From a virus (taxonomy: Duplodnaviria; Caudoviricetes): a stretch of 64,000 nt of DNA. Positions 9,728 through 18,446 of this stretch are shown one piece after another. Below the pieces are notes generated by a model. The model made no database searches. It was not told the origin of the DNA and saw only the letters and a list, made by a program, of their open reading frames with translations. The stretch's first letter is position 1. Each line of letters starts with the position of its first letter. The stretch is from the IMG/VR virus record IMGVR_UViG_3300028833_000075, positions 1 to 64,000 of that record; one strand, 5' to 3'. A program made the position numbers and the translations under genes.

Positions 9728-10300
9728 ATGACAACAGAAGAAAGAATTGAAACATTCATTTTAATGTGCGAAAAGATGAACTTTAACCTTACAGATAATT
9801 TCTCAACATGGTTGAGTGAAAACGGTTTCTTTACAGCTCCGGCATCAACTAAGTATCATGGAGCTTATGAAGGCGGTCTTTTTGATCACAGTGTCGCTGT
9901 CACAAAACGACTGATTCAACTGACTGTAGATAATAAACTTTCTTGGCAAAGAAAAGAAAGTCCATTTATCATTGGTATGTTCCATGACCTTTGTAAATGC
10001 GACCAATATGTTGTTGTTGCAAACCCTGAACCCGTGATCAAAGAAAGCGTAGCAATATGGGAAAATCATTACGAGTATAACGAAAATACCATCCTGAAAG
10101 GACATGGAGCAAAATCTGTTATCCTGCTTTCTCAGTTTATCACTCTTACAGAAGAAGAAATGTTATGTATAAGATATCATATGGGGCCATACGAAAAAGA
10201 AGAATGGCGAGAATATGATTTAGCTATCCGTAAAACAAACGGATTATGCCTGTGGAGTCATACAGCAGATATGTTGGCCAGTAAAGTTGACGACATATAA
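9728..10300 (+). CDS. HD-domain phosphohydrolase
   Basis: APASTKYHG...HS...FHDLCK...GHG...RYHMG...HTAD. Confidence 0.9.
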   Translation: MTTEERIETFILMCEKMNFNLTDNFSTWLSENGFFTAPASTKYHGAYEGGLFDHSVAVTKRLIQLTVDNKLSWQRKESPFIIGMFHDLCKCDQYVVVANPEPVIKESVAIWENHYEYNENTILKGHGAKSVILLSQFITLTEEEMLCIRYHMGPYEKEEWREYDLAIRKTNGLCLWSHTADMLASKVDDI

Positions 10301-10311
10301 AAAGGAGATAT

Positions 10312-10605
10312 ATGATGACATATACCGCATCACCAATTACACCAGTTTATATTGGAGACGCCGCAATAAACTCTGATGTAATTAACAATAATTTTAGGAT
10401 GTTTAGCACGGCTATAAATACTACAACCGCAAACGTAAAACAATTGTCAGACTATGGTGAATACTATATTGACGATAAAATAAAACAATCCGAAGAACGC
10501 ATGGCTAATAAAATATATAACATCATCTCTGAAATAATTGAAATTAATATGACAAAAGATGAATTTGTTAAAATGTTATTATCTGACGAAACGAGTGATG
10601 CTTAA
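10312..10605 (+). CDS. hypothetical protein
   Basis: AAGGAG RBS, 97 aa. Confidence 0.55.
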   Translation: MMTYTASPITPVYIGDAAINSDVINNNFRMFSTAINTTTANVKQLSDYGEYYIDDKIKQSEERMANKIYNIISEIIEINMTKDEFVKMLLSDETSDA

Positions 10606-11066
10606 TGGTTAAGTGCGGCGATCAATGTACTCCATGCTGCGACTTTTGCGTATTTGCTGTGCATGAAACATGGGAAGATAAGGAATTAGGCGGAACAGTA
10701 TACGGCGGCCCCATACATTGCGAAAAACATCCAGATAAAAAACACGATTTGATTTGTGAAAACTGTGGCTATTGTGAAGATTTTTATTGTTTCAAGGCAG
10801 AATCGGAGAAAACAAGAGCTGAAAGACGACATAAAGACTTCCAAAAAGCGATAAGAAAAAAGAAAATCACAAACACTTGGAATGACGGAAATGACTATTA
10901 TAAAGGACTTCATCAGTTCAGTAAAAATAAAATACATTGTTCTTGTCCTCTGTGTGCAACAAAAACAAGAGGGAAAACTGCAAAGAAACAAGGTTCTGCT
11001 GAAAACTGGTCAATAAAAGATAAAAAAAGAATTGAAGATATGAAAGAACAGGAAGAGGAAGAATGA
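10605..11066 (+). CDS. Cys-rich hypothetical protein
   Basis: CTPCCDFC...CENCGYC...HCSCPLC. Confidence 0.6.
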   Translation: MVKCGDQCTPCCDFCVFAVHETWEDKELGGTVYGGPIHCEKHPDKKHDLICENCGYCEDFYCFKAESEKTRAERRHKDFQKAIRKKKITNTWNDGNDYYKGLHQFSKNKIHCSCPLCATKTRGKTAKKQGSAENWSIKDKKRIEDMKEQEEEE

Positions 11067-11614
11067 TCGGAAAACTTTCGGGACTCACATTCAACCGTGA
11101 CGGAACCCAAAATATTACAGTAACAGTCAATGCTGACTTTTCAACTGAATACGATGAATTAAAAGAAAAAGATATCAACATCGAGATTAAGAAGTATTCA
11201 AAAAGAAGATCATTAGATGCTAATGCCTATTGCTGGGTTTTAATTGACAAAATAGCTGAAAAGACAGGAGAAAAGAAAAGCGATGTCTATCGGCATGCAA
11301 TTAAAGAAATCGGTGGCGTCTCTACAATAATCGTTGTAAAAGATGAAGCAGCCGATTCACTTTGTGCCGGATGGGAAACACACGGGACTGGATGGATGAC
11401 TGAAAAAACAGTTAACAGAAAATATCCTAACTGTACAAACGTCACGCTCTGGTATGGTTCTTCTGTTTATGACACGAAACAAATGCATGATCTGATTGAA
11501 AGCTTGATTCAGGAAGCTGAAGGCCTCGGTATTCCTACTATTACAGAAAAGGAAAAAGAACAGCTTCTTGGAAAATGGACGGTTAAACAAGAAGGAAAAC
11601 AAAAGAATGAGTAA
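11063..11614 (+). CDS. NinB/YbcN-like recombination protein
   Basis: KRRSLDANAYCWVL...GSSVYDTKQM...LGIPT motifs. Confidence 0.7.
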   Translation: MIGKLSGLTFNRDGTQNITVTVNADFSTEYDELKEKDINIEIKKYSKRRSLDANAYCWVLIDKIAEKTGEKKSDVYRHAIKEIGGVSTIIVVKDEAADSLCAGWETHGTGWMTEKTVNRKYPNCTNVTLWYGSSVYDTKQMHDLIESLIQEAEGLGIPTITEKEKEQLLGKWTVKQEGKQKNE

Positions 11615-11987
11615 AACAAATTGTATTAATTGTGGCGCGGCAAAAGATACCGACGAGATTAAATGCCCATTCTGTGGCACAACATATCTTGATTTGACAT
11701 CTATCGACTTCGCTTCCGGTGATCCTGTTGTATGTCAGTTTGTCTTGCCTGACAACATAACAATCGGCGATTCAAAAGCAAGAGCTGTTATGTCGATGTT
11801 AGCAATACCGCGCCTGGAAAACATGTCCATAGAAGCAAACAACACAAGTATATATGGTGACTGGGACCATCCGATGACTACGTTTACAACTGGTTATGAC
11901 ATGAATATCGGTGTATCTTTTAAACCAATAGAAAGGAAAGACAGATCTTTATTCACACTTACGACGTTAGAAACAGGTGGTGATTGA
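11607..11987 (+). CDS. zinc-ribbon protein
   Basis: NCINCGA...KCPFCGT. Confidence 0.6.
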   Translation: MSKTNCINCGAAKDTDEIKCPFCGTTYLDLTSIDFASGDPVVCQFVLPDNITIGDSKARAVMSMLAIPRLENMSIEANNTSIYGDWDHPMTTFTTGYDMNIGVSFKPIERKDRSLFTLTTLETGGD

Positions 11988-11988
11988 T

Positions 11989-12263
11989 ATGGCAAAAAGT
12001 ATTATGCAGGCTGAAAAGAAATGTTACATATCCGGCGCTGAGTATAATTTAGATTGCCATCACATATTATGACCGGAACAGCAAACAGAAAAATCTCCGA
12101 TAAATGGGGAATATGGTGTTGGCTCCGGCATGATATACATATGGATCTGCACGACAGAAATAAAGAACTGGAAATCCAATTAAAAAAAGAAGCTCAGAAA
12201 GTATTTGAAAAGCTCTATTCACATGAAAAGTGGATGGAGCTTTTTAAAAAATCTTATTTGTAA
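11989..12263 (+). pseudogene. frameshifted small HNH/NinG-like protein
   Basis: MAKSIMQAEKKCYISG...DCHH in one frame continues as IMTGTANRKISDKWG...FKKSYL in another; apparent extra AT near 12065. Confidence 0.6.
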
Positions 12264-12278
12264 AAAATAGAGGTAAAT

Positions 12279-12527
12279 ATGCTGTTTATTAGTATTTTAT
12301 TGTCTGTGTGGTTTGTACTTTGGATTGCATATGCCGTATTTATTAAAGACATTGGAAAGCTTTTTGGTTTATGGATGGAGATTCAGGACGAAGAAGAACA
12401 TCCTGAATTGTTGTTAGAAAAATCAAGTGAAATCTACCATTTAAACTGTAGCCATTGCAACTATACGTGGTGGTCAATCGAACCACATACAAACTATTGT
12501 CCAAACTGTGGAGAAAAGTTAAAATGA
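12279..12527 (+). CDS. membrane-anchored zinc-ribbon protein
   Basis: N-terminal TM segment; CSHC...YCPNCG. Confidence 0.55.
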   Translation: MLFISILLSVWFVLWIAYAVFIKDIGKLFGLWMEIQDEEEHPELLLEKSSEIYHLNCSHCNYTWWSIEPHTNYCPNCGEKLK

Positions 12528-12742
12528 ACAAAGAATGGCCTGAACGGACGAACGTTTTCGAGAATTATTTTGAAAATTATGCGAACATTTTCGAGAATAA
12601 TTTTGAAGATTATTTCAATGGAATAGTTTTATATGAATCTATAATAAAAAATATTAAAAATAGAAATCAAACAATAGGTATGTCTACACAGAAAACAGAA
12701 GAACAAACTGATATTTCTTCGTGGCTGGATTTATTAAACTAG
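12524..12742 (+). CDS. hypothetical protein with a 33-bp tandem duplication
   Basis: NVFENYFENY/NIFENNFEDY; DNA repeats at 12549-12580 and 12582-12613. Confidence 0.5.
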   Translation: MNKEWPERTNVFENYFENYANIFENNFEDYFNGIVLYESIIKNIKNRNQTIGMSTQKTEEQTDISSWLDLLN

Positions 12743-12751
12743 AGGTGCAAC

Positions 12752-12958
12752 ATGACAATTGAAGACATAAAGAAAATGGATAAGGAAGTTCTTACCCCTG
12801 GCGACGTTGCGTCCATTTTAGGATGCGATCCTAACGTGATTCGCTTTCAGGCCAAAGAAAACATTAAACAATTAGGATTTCCAGCTGCTAAAATCGGCAG
12901 CCGAGTTAAAATTCCTAAGCAGGCATTTATTGCATGGTTTGAGGGAAAAACAACTTAA
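12752..12958 (+). CDS. excisionase-like HTH protein (recombination directionality factor)
   Basis: LTPGDVASILG...GFPAAKIGSRVKIPK winged HTH, next to attP and integrase. Confidence 0.8.
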   Translation: MTIEDIKKMDKEVLTPGDVASILGCDPNVIRFQAKENIKQLGFPAAKIGSRVKIPKQAFIAWFEGKTT

Positions 12959-12960
12959 AT

Positions 12961-12989
12961 TTGATTTAGCCGATACTATATGATATAAT
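12961..12989 (+). promoter_or_regulatory. sigma-A type promoter reading into the tRNA half of attP
   Basis: TTGATT-17 bp-TATAAT with extended TG. Confidence 0.7.
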
Positions 12990-13096
12990 GCAACTCGACA
13001 GCAGGACACGCAAGATTAAAGCTGTTAGGTAGTACGGTCGGTAGTAACACAATTTTTTATAAGTTGCAACAAACCAGAAACCTTGAAAAACAATAC

Positions 13097-13139
13097 GGAG
13101 CGGTATCGAAGCGGTCATAACGGGGCTGACTCGAAATCA
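13097..13139 (+). other. 5' half of tRNA-Ser(CGA), the att core; not a complete tRNA
   Basis: GGAGCGGTATCGAAGCGGTCATAACGGGGCTGACTCGAAATCA: acceptor 5' strand, D arm and anticodon loop CTCGAAA, then similarity ends. Confidence 0.82.
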
Positions 13140-13154
13140 TACATTACAAACAAC

Positions 13155-13185
13155 AGAAACCGTTGAAAATCAACGGTTTCTTTCA
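13155..13185. terminator. hairpin between the attP transcript and the integrase 3' end
   Basis: AGAAACCGTTGA-AAA-TCAACGGTTTCT, perfect 12-bp stem. Confidence 0.65.
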
Positions 13186-13228
13186 TTTTAAGCTGCATTT
13201 GGTCGGTAATAGTTAGGTAGTAGAGCAA

Positions 13229-14344
13229 TCATTTGATTGTGTCCGTGACTGCTTTCAGATCTTCAAGCGGACTGCTTTGATACTGACTGCGAGTAAAATT
13301 GTAATCAGTATGTCCAATCAGCGCAGCTTTATCTCTATCGTCGCCTTGTGCATGCTTGAGTTTATCCGCATAAGTATGCCGGGCAGAATAAGGAACTTTA
13401 CCCCAGATTCCCAATGATTGAGTGATTGGCTTAAAAACAGATTCATTATAATAGTTTGTTGTCATTTTTCGAAATCCAACAAACTCTTTTGTGTGAATCC
13501 GATAACAGTACATTGGAAATAAGTAATCCGTTCCTTCTATATTAATACGCTCTAAAATATAATCAATTATCTGTTTTGGAATAACAACATTTCTGTCGAT
13601 CCCGGCTTCAGTTTTTATGCCTTCTGTAATATAGTAGACTGTTTCGTTGTCAATGACTGTTGATTTAACCTGATCTTTCTTAATTTCAAGAAATTCACCA
13701 GGCCGAAACCCAAGATAGCATTGGCAATATATATACTCAGCATAACGTGTTTTTCCAATTAAACCTTTTATTGCTTCAACTTCAGGCGGAGTCAGCGGGT
13801 GACGTTTTGTTGTTGTGTGTCTCCCTATATATAAGTTATCAGTAACATCCTTCTGAATGATGTTTGCATCTACAGCATATCCCCAGATAAGACCGGCTGT
13901 AACTTTCATTAATTGGTGCGTTCTCTTACCAGCTGGACATTTATCCATGCAAGCTTGCAATTCTGCAGCTGTAATAGTTTCAATTCGTCTGTATTTTAAA
14001 TCTGCAAAATGATTGTATGCTTGTTCGTAACCTAATAATGTTTTAGGTTTGACTCTGTTTTTATAGAATTCTTTCCATTTTTTAAAAACTTCATCTAACA
14101 TGGTAGTATTGACTTTAGGAGATTCACCGTTTAGCAATTTATTAAGTGCAGCTAATGCATCCTTTTTTGTCTTAAAGCCGCTAATTGTTTTCTTGATAGG
14201 AGATACATGTTTTCCTTCTTCTTTAGGCGGCTTCCATCCAACAACGATTTGAGCAATCCAGCATTTTCTGTCTGAGCGATAAAAGACAGATCCTTGTTTA
14301 TTTCCTCTTGACTTCGGTTTGCCCATTATTTGTGCTCCTCTCAT
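13229..14344 (-). CDS. int: tyrosine integrase
   Basis: N-terminal arm-binding region; GFRPGE, IKTEAG, YSARHTY, IGHTD...QY catalytic motifs. Confidence 0.95.
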   Translation of the reverse strand: MRGAQIMGKPKSRGNKQGSVFYRSDRKCWIAQIVVGWKPPKEEGKHVSPIKKTISGFKTKKDALAALNKLLNGESPKVNTTMLDEVFKKWKEFYKNRVKPKTLLGYEQAYNHFADLKYRRIETITAAELQACMDKCPAGKRTHQLMKVTAGLIWGYAVDANIIQKDVTDNLYIGRHTTTKRHPLTPPEVEAIKGLIGKTRYAEYIYCQCYLGFRPGEFLEIKKDQVKSTVIDNETVYYITEGIKTEAGIDRNVVIPKQIIDYILERINIEGTDYLFPMYCYRIHTKEFVGFRKMTTNYYNESVFKPITQSLGIWGKVPYSARHTYADKLKHAQGDDRDKAALIGHTDYNFTRSQYQSSPLEDLKAVTDTIK

Positions 14345-14400
14345 ACAATAACGCTATTATAATAGGAAGAAAAGGATCATGTCAAACGTAGGAGGTAAGA

Positions 14401-14721
14401 ATGAAAATAGATTTAGAAGCATACATTTATCAATTAGAAAAAGATGCAACCAACGCGATTTACGAGGGTCGCAATAAAGCTTACGCAAAAGGAATACGAG
14501 ATGCCATTAAAGAAGCTAAACTTTTTGCGGAACCTGGACATAAAATAAAACCAGCAATACAAAAAATAACTTCATCTAAAACTGGAGATCTTGTAGAATA
14601 TACTGTCTGCGGTAACTGTAAAACATGGGTTCTCGAAAAAGAAGCTCTTTATTGCGGACATTGTGGTCAAGAAATCGACTGGTCAGACTATAAAGATGAT
14701 GTTAAAAATGAAGCAATCTGA
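14401..14721 (+). CDS. zinc-ribbon hypothetical protein
   Basis: CGNC...YCGHCGQEIDW; strong RBS. Confidence 0.6.
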   Translation: MKIDLEAYIYQLEKDATNAIYEGRNKAYAKGIRDAIKEAKLFAEPGHKIKPAIQKITSSKTGDLVEYTVCGNCKTWVLEKEALYCGHCGQEIDWSDYKDDVKNEAI

Positions 14722-14803
14722 TTAACTATGTAGGAAAATCGAAAAACATATAAAAACAAATAATCATTTGATACTAAACCGACAATAAAAAAGGAGATTT
14801 ATT

Positions 14804-15085
14804 ATGAACAAGGTAGAACTGATTGAAAAACTGCAGTACAAAACTAAAACCCCTATTGCCAAAGCCGAAGTAGAACGTATTGTTAATGGATTTATGGACG
14901 AAGTAAAGAATGCTGTTGCCAACGGAGACTCTGTTCAGCTGACTGGATTCGGAACGTTTGAAAATCGTAGGCGTGCTGCTCGTGAAGCACGCAATCCTCA
15001 GACTGGGGAAGCAATTCTGATTCCGGAAAAGAGAGTTCCTGCTTTCAAACCCGGCAAGGCGTTTAAAGATGCTGTAAACAAGTAA
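14804..15085 (+). CDS. hup: HU histone-like DNA-binding protein
   Basis: MNKVELI...GFGTF...RNPQTGE...PAFKPGKAFKDAV. Confidence 0.95.
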   Translation: MNKVELIEKLQYKTKTPIAKAEVERIVNGFMDEVKNAVANGDSVQLTGFGTFENRRRAAREARNPQTGEAILIPEKRVPAFKPGKAFKDAVNK

Positions 15086-15137
15086 TTATTTAGAAATTAT
15101 ATTTAATAAAAGATAATATTGTCGGTTTAATATATAC

Positions 15138-15165
15138 GGCCCCGTCAAAAGGCGGGGCCTTTCTT
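15138..15165 (+). terminator. intrinsic terminator after HU
   Basis: GGCCCCGTC-AAAA-GGCGGGGCC followed by TTTCTT. Confidence 0.7.
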
Positions 15166-15414
15166 ATGGAGGAAAATAAAATGCATGTAATTACCGCAAG
15201 ATGGAGTAGTAAATCTAGCACTTCTTATATAGCCGGTTTAGAAAAACTATACCAATCTGGAAAAATAACAAAAATTGATTATATTTCTATGAAAGGTGCG
15301 GCGCTAGTAATGCTATTTGGATATCCAGAAAATGAAATCTTAAAATGGATGGAAAAAGAACTATCGCAAATAAAAGAAGGTGAAAAGAATGGCGAATATA
15401 GAGGAAGTAATTAA
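15166..15414 (+). CDS. hypothetical protein
   Basis: 82-aa ORF. Confidence 0.5.
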   Translation: MEENKMHVITARWSSKSSTSYIAGLEKLYQSGKITKIDYISMKGAALVMLFGYPENEILKWMEKELSQIKEGEKNGEYRGSN

Positions 15415-15691
15415 AGGATTAGAATTTTGTGCAAGGCCTGGACTAAAAGGGTGTTTATACGAAACAGATGAATGTCCATATATAAATAACGGATGTAGAC
15501 TACAAATGGAAGCGGATGCTCTTGTATTGCTAAAGGATCAACAAGAAATTGTTAAGTGTAAAGATTGTAAACATCGTGATCCGGAAGACAAAAAATGTGA
15601 TTGTGGACATGCTATCCAATGGCAGTTACCAAGACTTGACAATTGGTACTGTGCAGATGGGGAAAGAAAGGATTTAACAAATGACAACTGA
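15389..15691 (+). CDS. array protein (EVIKGLE-LLKDQ-KCKDC-WYCADG modules)
   Basis: shared modules. Confidence 0.7.
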   Translation: MANIEEVIKGLEFCARPGLKGCLYETDECPYINNGCRLQMEADALVLLKDQQEIVKCKDCKHRDPEDKKCDCGHAIQWQLPRLDNWYCADGERKDLTNDN

Positions 15692-16088
15692 ACGAATGAT
15701 TGAACTGCTGGAGATTGAGCACGAGTGTATGAAACGCGGCGCACACGACGAATGCGACCGGGATTGCGCGAGGTGTGAGCTGGTCCAGGACGATCACGAC
15801 CTGGATGAAATGTACACAGGTGTTATTACCCTGCTGAAAGAGCATGGGGAGCAAATAAAAAACCGTGATGAATCACTCAAAAAAGCACGGGAAGAAATCG
15901 AATGGCTTCGGGGAATACTGAAAGAGCAGGAGCCGATAGAGCCTGTTGATGATGGGCACGGAAGCCTCATTTGTGGTAATCAAGGATACGAGTGTGGATG
16001 TGTTGGAAGGTATAATCTTACAACTAAAGTAGTTGAGAAATACTGCAATTTCTGCCCGGAGTGTGGAAGAAAGGTGAAGTGGGAATGA
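15681..16088 (+). CDS. array protein ending in Zn ribbon CPECGRKVKW
   Basis: two LKE boxes and a C-terminal Zn ribbon. Confidence 0.7.
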   Translation: MTTERMIELLEIEHECMKRGAHDECDRDCARCELVQDDHDLDEMYTGVITLLKEHGEQIKNRDESLKKAREEIEWLRGILKEQEPIEPVDDGHGSLICGNQGYECGCVGRYNLTTKVVEKYCNFCPECGRKVKWE

Positions 16089-16282
16089 AGGAACGTGTTC
16101 CACATATGTGCATTACCTGCCAGCACTATGAACCGTACCATTGCACATTAAATGATGGATACATTGGTTATCTGTACTGTGAGGAACCAACAAAATGCAA
16201 AGCATGGCGTTTGCATGAAAACTATAAAAAAGGTGGAAAGTGGTACGACAGCCGACCGGAAAAAGTGGTGAAGCAAGGATGA
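16085..16282 (+). CDS. small Cys-rich protein
   Basis: starts at junction box GGTGAAGTGGGAATG. Confidence 0.6.
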   Translation: MKERVPHMCITCQHYEPYHCTLNDGYIGYLYCEEPTKCKAWRLHENYKKGGKWYDSRPEKVVKQG

Positions 16283-16416
16283 CTAACAGTGCATTAACAT
16301 GGATGATGAATGACCCGTATTGCATTGTTGCTATAAATGTTGTTGTGATAGGTGGATGCATAGCACTCGCCGTTGATTGTTGGAGAAAATGGCATTAGAA
16401 ATGGTAGTGAAGTGTG

Positions 16417-16575
16417 ATGACATATTGGGATGAATTAACGGAAGAGCAGAAACGGAATTGCTATGAATCATATGTCGGTGATTGTATCTATGAGAACGGA
16501 GATAATGCAACATATTGGTCATATGATGAATGGTGTTCTGAATGCGAAAAATCTGGTGAAGCGTTATTTTTGTAA
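16417..16575 (+). CDS. small acidic protein, 52 aa, absent from the ORF track
   Basis: MTYWDELTEEQKRNCYESY...; preceded by GTGAAGTGTGATG. Confidence 0.5.
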   Translation: MTYWDELTEEQKRNCYESYVGDCIYENGDNATYWSYDEWCSECEKSGEALFL

Positions 16576-16618
16576 AATTGCTGTATAGAATCAATTAACA
16601 TACGAAAAGGGGGCTATA

Positions 16619-16828
16619 ATGTCGTTTAGTGACGCTGTGTTGGCAATGAAACAAGGGAGAAGAGTACGTCTGCCATGGTGGAAAGGATATTGGTACATTG
16701 CCAACGGCACACTCAGAATACATTGCGCTGACGATAGAGACTTCAACGCATTCAGCGCAGAAAACACGGAACCGCTTTATACATTGTCGTTTATGGCGGC
16801 TAATTGCTGGGAAATAGTGCTGGATTAA
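16619..16828 (+). CDS. DUF2829/Tad2-like (Thoeris anti-defence sponge family) protein
   Basis: MSFSDAVLAMKQGRRVRLPWW...AANCWEIV follows the family pattern F..A...K.G..V.R..W...A.DW.IV. Confidence 0.6.
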   Translation: MSFSDAVLAMKQGRRVRLPWWKGYWYIANGTLRIHCADDRDFNAFSAENTEPLYTLSFMAANCWEIVLD

Positions 16829-16969
16829 GTAGCTAAAATTGCTGTTTAATGGCAATACGGAAGCCAAAATCCGGCACCCATCCGGGATAGAAGCGGGGAG
16901 AAGTCGAGAAGCTAACTTGCACTAAGCCGAGCTGGTGAAAGGCCAGCATTTTAAATCTTAAATTGCTGA

Positions 16970-17194
16970 ATGGAGAAGAAAATGACAGGATGGATTAATG
17001 TAAACGATGCATTGCCGAAAAGATGCGAAAATGTTCTTGTTTTTATAGAACACGACGCATGGAAAGACAATAAAAAATATCGAAAAACCGACGTTGGAAT
17101 CGGTTATCAGACAGACGGTTATTGGCATGTTTATGGATTCGCCATGCCTGTCGAGGGACTATATTGGATGAATTTGCCAGAACCGCCAATTTAA
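16970..17194 (+). CDS. DUF551-like protein
   Basis: WINVNDALP...VLV...YWMNLPEPP. Confidence 0.75.
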   Translation: MEKKMTGWINVNDALPKRCENVLVFIEHDAWKDNKKYRKTDVGIGYQTDGYWHVYGFAMPVEGLYWMNLPEPPI

Positions 17195-17393
17195 AGAACT
17201 TAACTTCGCAAAAGGAGCATATTCGGAATCGCAATCTTGCTGTATTACGAAGCGAAAAAAGGGGGTGGCGCTATGCAGAAAGCAGTTGATGAATTTAATA
17301 GCAAATATACTGTTCCTCAGTAGCATTGCCCGGAAATACGGGCATTAACAGATGTAAAGTTGATGTATAGCGAAGCAGTATAAAAAGAGGTAG

Positions 17394-17603
17394 ATTGATA
17401 CGACAACAAAAATAGATGATTTTATCAAAAGAGTTGAATCGACTGCAGAAGAAGATTTCTTTACTCCAAGAACGTTTTATCATCTTTCGTCTTCAATGTT
17501 TCATGAGATGTGCGATCTGCTGAAAGAGCAGGAAAAACAAATCAAAAAATTTGAGTTGGAAAGAAGTTTGGATGAGAGTCCAGACATGATGGGAAAATGG
17601 TGA
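17394..17603 (+). CDS. array protein with LLKEQE box and non-canonical (ATT) or mutated start
   Basis: 70-codon open frame after GAGG, ending at a GGTGAAG box. Confidence 0.4.
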   Translation: MDTTTKIDDFIKRVESTAEEDFFTPRTFYHLSSSMFHEMCDLLKEQEKQIKKFELERSLDESPDMMGKW

Positions 17604-17654
17604 AGTTTGATGAATAAGACAATACAAGGTATGGAAGGAAGGTCGGTGAAGTTA

Positions 17655-17864
17655 ATGACTAAAACGTTTTGCGACAGGTGCGGTAAAGAGATAACGAAAG
17701 AATATGGATGGATCACACATAGGACGTTATATGCAAGTATAAGACTTTTTCCCGGGAAGAAGCATGCCGAATGGTCTGAGCCATTTGATCGATACATATG
17801 CCCGGAATGCGAAGATAGTTATATTCACTGGTTTATGAATCCAGAAACGAAAGACGGGCGGTGA
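17655..17864 (+). CDS. zinc-finger protein (CDRCG...ICPEC)
   Basis: starts at junction box; paralogous to 19711-19923 and 22450-22671. Confidence 0.65.
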   Translation: MTKTFCDRCGKEITKEYGWITHRTLYASIRLFPGKKHAEWSEPFDRYICPECEDSYIHWFMNPETKDGR

Positions 17865-17870
17865 AGTGGG

Positions 17871-18236
17871 ATGCCTGACAGGGAGAAGGTTATTAGAGAT
17901 TTGGAGACATATCGGGACAGGGATTTTATCCGTGAAGGAAAAACTGTTTTTGATAGTGATCCTCGATACAGGAAAATGATAATCAATAATGCAATTGCCA
18001 TTCTGAAAGCGCAGGAATGGATAAGCGTTAAGGACAGACTGCCGAATTGCAACGGATGCTACATTGTATGGAGACCGCATTTTTACCATGATAAAGGTAT
18101 GCCATCTATTTGCTATTTTGACGGGAGCAACACATGGCATGATTCATACGGTGTAGATTTCTCAAGACTACTTGCACCAGAGGACGTGTCGCATTGGAAA
18201 CCATTGCCGGAACAACCTTACAAAGTGGTGAAGTGA
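17871..18236 (+). CDS. array protein: DREKVI module fused to DUF551
   Basis: MPDREKVI...LKAQE-WISVKDRLP...HWKPLPE. Confidence 0.75.
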   Translation: MPDREKVIRDLETYRDRDFIREGKTVFDSDPRYRKMIINNAIAILKAQEWISVKDRLPNCNGCYIVWRPHFYHDKGMPSICYFDGSNTWHDSYGVDFSRLLAPEDVSHWKPLPEQPYKVVK

Positions 18237-18446
18237 ATGGACAGGGAAACTATAATCAAAGCAATTGACATTTGCCTTGGACACGGAAAGTGCAACGATT
18301 GTCCGTATTATTTAGGCGAAAAAGGATGCACAACAATGGATTGTCAAGACTATATGTTACAGGATACTCTTGCCCTGCTGAAAGAGCAACAGAAACTCAT
18401 TGACGACATTACGCGGAGGAGGGTAAACAATGGGGAGTTCGATTGA
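18237..18446 (+). CDS. array protein (DRE-CPY-LLKEQ)
   Basis: shared modules. Confidence 0.7.
   Translation: MDRETIIKAIDICLGHGKCNDCPYYLGEKGCTTMDCQDYMLQDTLALLKEQQKLIDDITRRRVNNGEFD

Larger units (their letters stand above)
13024..13222. other. attP site
   Basis: Arm-type direct repeats GTTAGGTAGTA and GGTCGGTARTA at 13024-13046 and 13201-13222 flank a tRNA fragment, between xis and int. Confidence 0.8.

Noticed and set aside
13097-13181. complete tRNA-Ser gene
   Set aside because: Similarity stops just after the anticodon loop; there is no variable arm, T arm or acceptor 3' strand.
16868-16948. HDV-like (theta) ribozyme
   Set aside because: CTAA-GCCG resembles J4/2-P2, but I found no P1 partner or proper P3/L3.
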